DNA of 64,000 nt from Flavobacteriales bacterium (GTDB taxonomy: Bacteria; Bacteroidota; Bacteroidia; Flavobacteriales; CAJXXR01). The notes under the pieces are model-generated. The model did no database searches and had not been told where the DNA came from. It saw only the letters and a list, made by a program, of their open reading frames with translations. A program made the position numbers and the translations under genes. The DNA is taken from assembly GCA_965243605.1 (NCBI GenBank), contig CBDEVQ010000092.1, positions 48,208 through 112,207 on the forward strand, given 5' to 3'. This document shows positions 10,389 to 18,528 of the stretch, one piece after another (the first letter of the stretch is position 1; every line of letters begins with the position of its first letter).

Positions 10389-12269
10389 ATGAGAATACTA
10401 ACCATATTAAGTTATTTATTTTGTTTATGTATTAGTTTGAATGGGAATAGCCAAACTATAACTGTTCAGAATTTAGACGATTCTGGGGTTGGCTCTTTAC
10501 GTGATGCTATTTCTAATGCCAATTCAGGTGATACCATCCGTTTTAATCCAATGTTACTATCACAAGGGAGTGATACCTTGGTGTTAGATACAGTAATTAA
10601 TATTGATAAAGATTTAGTGATAAAAGGGCTTTATGATGATGAGGATACGTTGTTTTTGTCTTCTTTGGAGAATAGACGTTTGTTCCATTTTGATACAGTA
10701 GATTATGTACTACTTGATAGCCTGTTTTTTGTGGCAGATACAAGTAATGATGCTGATGATTATGTAATTACTTTTCTACATTCAGAGGGTTTTATTTCAA
10801 ATTCTTTTTTTAAGGGATATAATAAAAATGTTTTAGTTTCTTGGCAATCATCTTTGAATCTTTATGGGTGTTTTTTAAACAATGATATAAATACTAATGC
10901 ATCTATTGTCTTTTTGTCAAATGGAGATAATCTTTGCATTTTGAACATTACGTCTACATATATACAAAATAACGGTGTTGGATATGATTTTGATATAAGA
11001 TTAGCAGGAAATAAAAATAATAATCACATTATTATAGAAGATTCGTACTTTAAAAATTCTAAAAGTTTATATTTCGGTCATTTATTTACCGAAATAAGGC
11101 GTAGTACGTTTGAAAATTCAACAATTGATATTGGTCATGAATCTGTTATTGGTGGAACGAGCGAAAGAGACATTACATTGAATGTCATGAGCTCTACATT
11201 TTCTATTTCTGATTCTACAGATAATAAAAATAGTATATCTTGTATAGGTACACCTTATGGACCAATAGAATCTCCTCCTTTAGATTTTTTTCAGTTACAA
11301 TTTAAAAATTGCACATTTAGCGGAGGTGTATATGATAGTGCTTCATACGAAGATTATTTCGGCCCCGATTTAGATGAACTAAAAATAACAAGTTGCATAT
11401 TCAATGATATTAACGGATTTAACGAATTGCCTATAGACTCATCAGGAGGCTATAACTTATTTAGTTTTCCTCAAAGCATAGGTTTAGATTCAACAGACCA
11501 AACCAATGTTCTGGTGTCTGATGTCAACTTAGGACCATTACAAAACAACGGAGGGTTTACACCAATACATCTACCAAACTACCAATCTTTAGCGTTTAAT
11601 TCGGGTAATCCGAACGATACAAGCTCTGCTCAAAATGGAGCCATTATACAACGCCGAGATATTGGGGCAGCAGAAATACAAGCTGTCCTAACCATAGACA
11701 CAACAGAGTATTGCGGTACATCCTATAATTGGCGAGCAGACACCCTTACTGAAACAGATATTCATTTTGATATTGAAGAGTCTACCAATGGTGGATACGA
11801 TAGTGTTTTTGCTTTAGATTTAACCTTAGATTACATGGATGCTCTAGCCATTAGCGATGGTGGAGCCTTACAAGCCAATATTTCTGATGCAACATACCAA
11901 TGGATGGATTGTTCAACCCATTTACCATTGTTTGGCGAAACCAACCAAACCTTTACACCCAGTATAGCGGGAACCTATGCGGTTGTTGTTTCCAATGGAA
12001 TTTGTACCGATACTTCGGCCTGTGTATTTATCGATAATTTGAGTGTAGAAGAGCAGGTGCAATCCTTTGTATTTGTAAAGAATCATGTTTTGTATTTTAA
12101 CGGGTTAGAAAATGCAGAGTTTAACATCTATAATAGCCTTGGGCAGAATATTTTAAGCGGCAATGTAAAATCCGGAGAAATAGACCTTTCAAACTTCCCA
12201 AGTGGACTGTATAGCATTCAATTTAAAGATGCCACTATGGTTAGATCTATAAAATTTGTATTAAATTAA
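10389..12269 (+). CDS. Array copy A3 (signal a, core class III, CTD alpha)
   Basis: 626 aa. The core is homologous to B5 (SSLENR..F..DTVDY.LLDSL...IRLAGNKNNN). The C-terminal half is identical to A2. Confidence 0.9.
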   Translation: MRILTILSYLFCLCISLNGNSQTITVQNLDDSGVGSLRDAISNANSGDTIRFNPMLLSQGSDTLVLDTVINIDKDLVIKGLYDDEDTLFLSSLENRRLFHFDTVDYVLLDSLFFVADTSNDADDYVITFLHSEGFISNSFFKGYNKNVLVSWQSSLNLYGCFLNNDINTNASIVFLSNGDNLCILNITSTYIQNNGVGYDFDIRLAGNKNNNHIIIEDSYFKNSKSLYFGHLFTEIRRSTFENSTIDIGHESVIGGTSERDITLNVMSSTFSISDSTDNKNSISCIGTPYGPIESPPLDFFQLQFKNCTFSGGVYDSASYEDYFGPDLDELKITSCIFNDINGFNELPIDSSGGYNLFSFPQSIGLDSTDQTNVLVSDVNLGPLQNNGGFTPIHLPNYQSLAFNSGNPNDTSSAQNGAIIQRRDIGAAEIQAVLTIDTTEYCGTSYNWRADTLTETDIHFDIEESTNGGYDSVFALDLTLDYMDALAISDGGALQANISDATYQWMDCSTHLPLFGETNQTFTPSIAGTYAVVVSNGICTDTSACVFIDNLSVEEQVQSFVFVKNHVLYFNGLENAEFNIYNSLGQNILSGNVKSGEIDLSNFPSGLYSIQFKDATMVRSIKFVLN

Positions 12270-12286
12270 TTAACAATTAGAGCGTT

Positions 12287-14182
12287 ATGAGAATACTAAC
12301 CATATTAAGTTATTTATTTTGTTTATGTATTAGTTTGAATGGGAATAGCCAAACCATCACGGTTCAGAATTTAGACGATTCTGGGGTTGGCTCTTTACGT
12401 GATGCTATTTCTAATGCCAATTCAGGTGATACCATCCGTTTTAACCCTATGTTACTTTCACAGGGAAGTGATACTTTAGTATTAGATACAGTGATTAATA
12501 TTGATAAAGATTTAGTGATAAAAGGGCTTTATGATAGCGAGGATACCTTGTTTTTAACTACAGGAGACAATCAATCATTTTTTTATATTGATTCAGTAGA
12601 AAATCTAATTATTGATAATTTGGTATTTATATTTGATTCTATATTTTTAATTAGTAATCATGATTTTATAAATGCGCGGAATTCAAAAGTAAAATTATCA
12701 AATTCAATATTTAGAGGGAATAGAGATGAAATTTTGTCTTTTTGGCAATCTTCATTAGAAATATTGAATTGTAAATTCAATATTAAAATGACTGAACAAT
12801 ATAGTTCATTAATAGTTTATTTGACAAATGGCGAAAGTTATAGAGAATTTAAGATAATAAACTCTTTATTAAAATTAAATGGTGAAATATTAGGGAATAG
12901 TATTGATATAAGACTTAAGGGAAATAAAAATAATAATCATTTTATCATAGAAAATTCATACTTTAAAAATTCTAAAAGTTTATATTTCGGTCATTTAATA
13001 ATAAATATCAATCAATGTACATTCGAAAATTCACCTATTGATATTGGGCATGGACTTATGGGAGGTGTTACAACTGAAAGAGATATTACATTGAATGCAA
13101 TGAGTTCGACATTTTCTATTTCTGATTCGACAGATAACCAAAATAGTATCTCTTGTATAGGTACACCTTATGGACCAATAGAATCTCCTCCTTTAGATTT
13201 TTTTCAGTTACAATTTAAAAATTGCACATTTAGCGGAGGTGTATATGATAGTGCTTCATACGAAGATTATTTCGGTCCCGATTTAGATGAACTAAAAATA
13301 ACAAGTTGTATTTTTAATGATATTAATGGCTTTAATGAATTACCTATTGACTCTTCAGGTGGATATAACTTATTTAGTTTTCCTCAAAGCATAGGATTAG
13401 ATTCAACAGACCAAGCTAATGTTCTGGTGTCTGATATTAACTTGGGGCCCTTACAAAACAATGGAGGGTATACACCTACACATCTACCAAACTACCAATC
13501 TTTAGCGTTTAATTCGGGTAATCCGAACGACACAAGCTTTGCCCAAAACGGAACCATCATACAACGCCGAGATATAGGAGCTGCAGAAATACAAGCTGTC
13601 CTAACCATAGACACAACAGACTATTGCGGTACATTCTATAATTGGCGAGCAGACACCCTTACCGAAACAGATATTCATTTTGATATTGAAGAATCTACTA
13701 CAGGAGGGTACGATAGTGTTTTTGCCATAGATTTAACCTTAGATTATATTGATGCTATAGCCATAAGTGATGGAGGCGAATTAACAGCCAATAGTTCTGA
13801 TGCGACCTACCAATGGATGGATTGTTCAACCCATTTACCATTGTTTGGTGAAACTAACCAAACCCTTACACCCAGTATAGCGGGAACCTATGCGGTTGTT
13901 GTTTCCAATGGAATTTGTACCGATACTTCGGCCTGTGTATTTATCGATAATTTGAGTGTAGAAGAGCAGGTGCAATCCTTTGTATTTGTAAAGAATCATG
14001 TTTTGTATTTTAACGGGTTAGAAAATGCAGAGTTTAACATCTATAATAGCCTTGGGCAGAATATTTTAAGCGGCAATGTAAAATCCGGAGAAATAGACCT
14101 TTCAAACTTCCCAAGTGGACTGTATAGCATTCAATTTAAAAATGCCACTATGGTTAGATCTATAAAATTTGTATTAAATTAA
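12287..14182 (+). CDS. Array copy A4 (signal a, chimeric core IV/III, CTD alpha)
   Basis: 631 aa. The first part of the core resembles A5/B1 (RNSKVKLSNSIFRGNRDEILSFWQSSLEILNCKF). The second part resembles A3 (NKNNNHFIIENSYFKNSKSLYFGH...SSTFSISDSTDNQNSISCIGTPYGPIESPPLDFFQLQFKNCTFSGGVYDSASYE). Confidence 0.9.
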   Translation: MRILTILSYLFCLCISLNGNSQTITVQNLDDSGVGSLRDAISNANSGDTIRFNPMLLSQGSDTLVLDTVINIDKDLVIKGLYDSEDTLFLTTGDNQSFFYIDSVENLIIDNLVFIFDSIFLISNHDFINARNSKVKLSNSIFRGNRDEILSFWQSSLEILNCKFNIKMTEQYSSLIVYLTNGESYREFKIINSLLKLNGEILGNSIDIRLKGNKNNNHFIIENSYFKNSKSLYFGHLIININQCTFENSPIDIGHGLMGGVTTERDITLNAMSSTFSISDSTDNQNSISCIGTPYGPIESPPLDFFQLQFKNCTFSGGVYDSASYEDYFGPDLDELKITSCIFNDINGFNELPIDSSGGYNLFSFPQSIGLDSTDQANVLVSDINLGPLQNNGGYTPTHLPNYQSLAFNSGNPNDTSFAQNGTIIQRRDIGAAEIQAVLTIDTTDYCGTFYNWRADTLTETDIHFDIEESTTGGYDSVFAIDLTLDYIDAIAISDGGELTANSSDATYQWMDCSTHLPLFGETNQTLTPSIAGTYAVVVSNGICTDTSACVFIDNLSVEEQVQSFVFVKNHVLYFNGLENAEFNIYNSLGQNILSGNVKSGEIDLSNFPSGLYSIQFKNATMVRSIKFVLN

Positions 14183-14199
14183 TTAACAATTAGAGCGTT

Positions 14200-16113
14200 A
14201 TGAGAATACTAACCATAATAAGTTATTTATTTTATTTATGTATTAGTTTGAATGGGAATAGCCAAACCATCACGGTTCAGAATTTAGACGATTCTGGGGT
14301 TGGTTCTTTACGCGATGCTATTTCTAATGCCAATTCAGGCGATACCATCCGTTTTAACCCTATGTTAATTGCTCAAGGGAGTGATACTTTAGTATTAGAT
14401 ACAGTAATAAGTATTGACAAAGATTTAGTGATAAAAGGGCTTTATGATAGCGAGGATACCTTGTTTATGTCTGCATTAGATAATCAGAATTTGTTTTTCA
14501 TAGATAGTGTTGAAAGTATGGTTATGGATAGTTTAGTTTATCATATTGGCTTAATAAATACTTTTACAAGTTCCGATTTATTTCGGGTGCGTAATTCAAA
14601 CGTTCAAATATATAATTCAATATTTTTGGGGCATAGAGATGAAGTATTATCTTTTTGGCAATCGTCTTTAGAAATTTCAAATTGTAAGTTTATTAGTTTA
14701 GAGAGTTTATATTCGAGTTCTATTATTATATTTTCAACGAATGGGGATGTGCCAAGAGAGCTTAGGGTTATTAATTCTGAATTTGAATTTAATAATACTC
14801 TCACTTCTAAAGTTATTATTAGAACTGGTGGTGATAAAAGTAATAATCTTATTTATTTTAAAAACGCCTATTTTTCTAATATCAAGACTTTGATTTATGG
14901 CCACAATACTATTGATATTTCTAATTGTACTTATGAAAATGCTCATATACAAACAGGTGAACCTTCAGTTGGGTTTGCATTTATTAGAGATATTACATTA
15001 ACTGCAAAATCATCAACTTTTACTATTACTGACACTAATCAAGTCCAAAATACAATTTTATGTATAGGAACACCTTATGGACCTATTGAACCTGTTCCTT
15101 TAGATGTCCTTGAGTTAAATTTAATAAATAGTACGTTTAATGGTGGAATTTACGAAGACGTTATTTATGGAACTGGTTATGATAGTAATTATTTGGATTA
15201 CTTCGGTCCCGATTTAGATGAACTAAAAATAACAAGTTGTATTTTTAATGATATTAATGGCTTTAATGAATTACCTATTGACTCTTCAGGTGGATATAAC
15301 TTATTTAGTTTTCCTCAAAGCATAGGATTAGATTCAACAGACCAAGCTAATGTTCTGGTGTCTGATATTAACTTGGGGCCCTTACAAAACAATGGAGGGT
15401 ATACACCTACACATCTACCAAACTACCAATCTTTAGCGTTTAATTCGGGTAATCCGAACGACACAAGCTTTGCCCAAAACGGAACCATCATACAACGCCG
15501 AGATATAGGAGCTGCAGAAATACAAGCTGTCCTAACCATAGACACAACAGACTATTGCGGTACATTCTATAATTGGCGAGCAGACACCCTTACCGAAACA
15601 GATATTCATTTTGATATTGAAGAATCTACTACAGGAGGGTACGATAGTGTTTTTGCCATAGATTTAACCTTAGATTATATTGATGCTCTAGCCATAAGTG
15701 ATGGAGGCGAATTAACAGCCAATAGTTCTGATGCGACCTACCAATGGATGGATTGTTCAACCCATTTACCATTGTTTGGTGAAACTAACCAAACCCTTAC
15801 ACCCAGTATAGCGGGAACCTATGCGGTTGTTGTTTCCAATGGAATTTGTACCGATACTTCGGCCTGTGTATTTATCGATAATTTGAGTGTAGAAGAGCAG
15901 GTGCAATCCTTTGTATTTGTAAAGAATCATGTTTTGTATTTTAACGGGTTAGAAAATGCAGAGTTTAACATCTATAATAGCCTTGGGCAGAATATTTTAA
16001 GCGGCAATGTAAAATCCGGAGAAATAAACCTTTCAAACTTCCCAAATGGACTGTATAGCATTCAATTTAAAAATGCCACTATGGTTAGATCTATAAAATT
16101 TGTATTAAATTAA
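14200..16113 (+). CDS. Array copy A5 (signal a, core class IV, CTD alpha)
   Basis: 637 aa. The core is homologous to B1/B3. The C-terminal ~305 aa differ from A4 at only ~3 residues. Confidence 0.9.
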   Translation: MRILTIISYLFYLCISLNGNSQTITVQNLDDSGVGSLRDAISNANSGDTIRFNPMLIAQGSDTLVLDTVISIDKDLVIKGLYDSEDTLFMSALDNQNLFFIDSVESMVMDSLVYHIGLINTFTSSDLFRVRNSNVQIYNSIFLGHRDEVLSFWQSSLEISNCKFISLESLYSSSIIIFSTNGDVPRELRVINSEFEFNNTLTSKVIIRTGGDKSNNLIYFKNAYFSNIKTLIYGHNTIDISNCTYENAHIQTGEPSVGFAFIRDITLTAKSSTFTITDTNQVQNTILCIGTPYGPIEPVPLDVLELNLINSTFNGGIYEDVIYGTGYDSNYLDYFGPDLDELKITSCIFNDINGFNELPIDSSGGYNLFSFPQSIGLDSTDQANVLVSDINLGPLQNNGGYTPTHLPNYQSLAFNSGNPNDTSFAQNGTIIQRRDIGAAEIQAVLTIDTTDYCGTFYNWRADTLTETDIHFDIEESTTGGYDSVFAIDLTLDYIDALAISDGGELTANSSDATYQWMDCSTHLPLFGETNQTLTPSIAGTYAVVVSNGICTDTSACVFIDNLSVEEQVQSFVFVKNHVLYFNGLENAEFNIYNSLGQNILSGNVKSGEINLSNFPNGLYSIQFKNATMVRSIKFVLN

Positions 16114-16126
16114 TAATTAAAACGTT

Positions 16127-18040
16127 ATGAGAATACTAACCATATTAAGTTATTTATTTTGTTTAGGTATTAGTTTTAATGGGAATAGCCAAACCATCAC
16201 GGTTCAGAATTTAGACGATTCTGGGGTTGGCTCTTTACGTGATGCTATTTCTAATGCCAATTCAGGCGATACCATCCGTTTTAATCCCATGTTAATTGCT
16301 CAAGGGAGTGATACTTTAGTATTAGATACAGTAATAAGTATTGACAAAGATTTAGTGATAAAAGGGATTTATGATAGCGAGGATACCTTGTTTTTGACTT
16401 GTATTAATAATCAAATGTTTTTTTTAATTGAAAGTATTGAGCTTTCAATGGATAGTATGATTTTTACATCTGCGTATTATAATTATTCAAATACATATTT
16501 TCTATATTTAAGAAACTCTGAAGTAAATATTTTAAATTCAAAATTCTTAGATTTTTCAGAAACGGTTCTATCTTCAGAACAATCGAATTTAACTATTAAT
16601 AATAGTTCATTTTTTTGTGACAGCTTATATTCACATTATCCTTTGGTATACCTAACTCAAGGTGATACGTTAAGAAAACTAAAAATTATAAAGTCAAAGT
16701 TTTTAATAAAGGAAAAGAATACAGTTGGTATAGTAGTTAGAACAGCTGGAAATAAGGAGAATAATAAGGTGATTATTCAAGATTCATATTTTGAAAATTT
16801 TGAAACATTAATATATGGTCATAACACCATAGATATTCAATATTCAACATTTAATAATTCACTAATTAAAACGGGAGAGCCTTATGTGGGGTTTGCATAT
16901 ATTAGAGATATTACATTAACTGTAAAATCTTCAACCTTTGCAATTACAGATTCTAATCAAGTTCAAAATACGATTTTATGTATTGGTACACCTTATGGAC
17001 CTATTGAGCCAGTTCCTTTAGATACTCTGAAGTTAAATTTTACAAATTGTACGTTTAATGGAGGTCTTTATGAAGATACTCTTTATGGGAACTTTACTGA
17101 TAGTAATTATTTGGATTATTTCGGCCCCGATTTAGATGAACTAAAAATAACAAGTTGTATTTTCAATGATATTAACGGATTTAACGAATTGCCTATTGAC
17201 TCTTCAGGTGGATATAACTTATTTAGTTTTCCTCAAAGCATAGGATTAGATTCAACTGACCAAGCTAATGTTCTGGTGTCTGATATTAATTTGGGGCCCT
17301 TACAAAACAATGGAGGGTATACACCTACACATCTACCAAACTACCAATCTTTAGCGTTTAATTCGGGTAATCCTAACGATACCATTTCTGCTCAAAATGG
17401 AGCCATTATACAACGTAGAGATATTGGATCAGCTGAAATACAAGCTATACTTACTGTAGATACTACTGAATATTGTGGCGAATTTTATGATTGGAGAGGG
17501 CAAATGTTAACCGAATCAGCTATCTATTCAGATATAGAAGTATCTACAACAGGATTAGATAGTGTTTTTGCCATAGATTTAACCTTAGAGTATTTAGATG
17601 CCCTAGCCATAAGTGATGGAGGCGAATTAACAGCCAATAGTTCTGATGCGACATACCAATGGATGGATTGTTCAACCTATTTACCATTGTTTGGCGAAAC
17701 CAACCAAACCCTTACACCCAGTATTGCGGGAACCTATGCGGTTGTTGTTTCCAACGGAATTTGTACCGATACTTCGGCCTGTGTATTTATCGATAATTTG
17801 AGTGTAGAAGAGCAAGAAGAATATTATGTTTTTATAAAAGATAATGTACTTCATCTTAATGGGATTAGTAGTATCAAAATAGATTATATTATTTATAACA
17901 GTTTAGGACAAAAGGTACTTCACTCAAATACCTCACAAGAAAAACAAGACCTCTCTTATTTAGAGTCAGGTGTCTATTATATTAGATTAATATCTGATAA
18001 AGTGAATGATAAAAAGTATAATAAATTTATTATTAAATAA
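16127..18040 (+). CDS. Array copy A6, last gene of block A (signal a, core class V, CTD gamma)
   Basis: 637 aa. The core segment TQGDTLRKLKIIKSKFLIKEKNTVGIVVRTAGNKENNKVIIQDSYFENFETLIYGHNT is shared with B6. The CTD ...DLSYLESGVYYIRLISDKVNDKKYNKFIIK differs from alpha and resembles the CTD of the 18529..23949 gene. Confidence 0.9.
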   Translation: MRILTILSYLFCLGISFNGNSQTITVQNLDDSGVGSLRDAISNANSGDTIRFNPMLIAQGSDTLVLDTVISIDKDLVIKGIYDSEDTLFLTCINNQMFFLIESIELSMDSMIFTSAYYNYSNTYFLYLRNSEVNILNSKFLDFSETVLSSEQSNLTINNSSFFCDSLYSHYPLVYLTQGDTLRKLKIIKSKFLIKEKNTVGIVVRTAGNKENNKVIIQDSYFENFETLIYGHNTIDIQYSTFNNSLIKTGEPYVGFAYIRDITLTVKSSTFAITDSNQVQNTILCIGTPYGPIEPVPLDTLKLNFTNCTFNGGLYEDTLYGNFTDSNYLDYFGPDLDELKITSCIFNDINGFNELPIDSSGGYNLFSFPQSIGLDSTDQANVLVSDINLGPLQNNGGYTPTHLPNYQSLAFNSGNPNDTISAQNGAIIQRRDIGSAEIQAILTVDTTEYCGEFYDWRGQMLTESAIYSDIEVSTTGLDSVFAIDLTLEYLDALAISDGGELTANSSDATYQWMDCSTYLPLFGETNQTLTPSIAGTYAVVVSNGICTDTSACVFIDNLSVEEQEEYYVFIKDNVLHLNGISSIKIDYIIYNSLGQKVLHSNTSQEKQDLSYLESGVYYIRLISDKVNDKKYNKFIIK

Positions 18041-18097
18041 TATGAAATAAAAAACTATGAAATTCTTTGACACAGATAGCAATTAAAACCAACAAGA

Positions 18098-18410
18098 GTG
18101 ATTCTCGATACATTTTTATTTCTCTGTCGTTCAATAAAACCACTCGAACAGACAGATTAAAAACAATAGTCGTTAAAATCACTCTAATGTTTGAGTTATA
18201 GTAGACATTCAGCGTGATTCTCGATACATTTTTATTTCTCTGTCGTTCAATAAAACCACTCGAACAGACAGATTAAAAACAATAGTCGTTAAAATCGCTC
18301 TAATGTTTGAGTTATAGTAGACATTCAGCGTGATTCTCGATACACTTTTATTTCTTTGTGGTTCAATAAAACTACTCGAATCGACAGGTAGTTGAAAACT
18401 AGACTTAGCC
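18098..18410. repeat. 116-bp direct tandem repeat: two near-identical units, a diverged partial third unit, and a degenerate partial unit just upstream
   Basis: The unit start gtgattctcgataca recurs at 18098, 18214 and 18330, giving a 116-bp period. Units 1 and 2 differ at one base that I saw (atcActc versus atcGctc). Each unit holds the hairpin CTGTCGTTC-aataaaaccactc-GAACaGACAG. Confidence 0.9.
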
Positions 18411-18528
18411 TGATTTATCCTACGTTCCAATTATTTTTCTGCTTTAAATCTTATTTATTAAATGTATTCAGTACGTAAATGGTGTGTTGCCATTTACGAT
18501 TATTATATCAATTTAAATTAATAACAAA

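Noticed and set aside
18098-18410. Whether the 116-bp repeats form a CRISPR array; the unit contains a 36-nt stretch, gttcaataaaaccactcgaacagacagattaaaaac, that superficially resembles a Bacteroidota CRISPR repeat
   Set aside because: The whole 116-bp unit repeats, so the would-be spacers are identical. There are only 2-3 units, and no cas genes are in the window.
18209-18430. 73-aa minus-strand ORF across the 116-bp repeats
   Set aside because: It exists only because the repeat unit happens to be stop-free in that frame. The peptide is repeat-derived and has no signal or motif.
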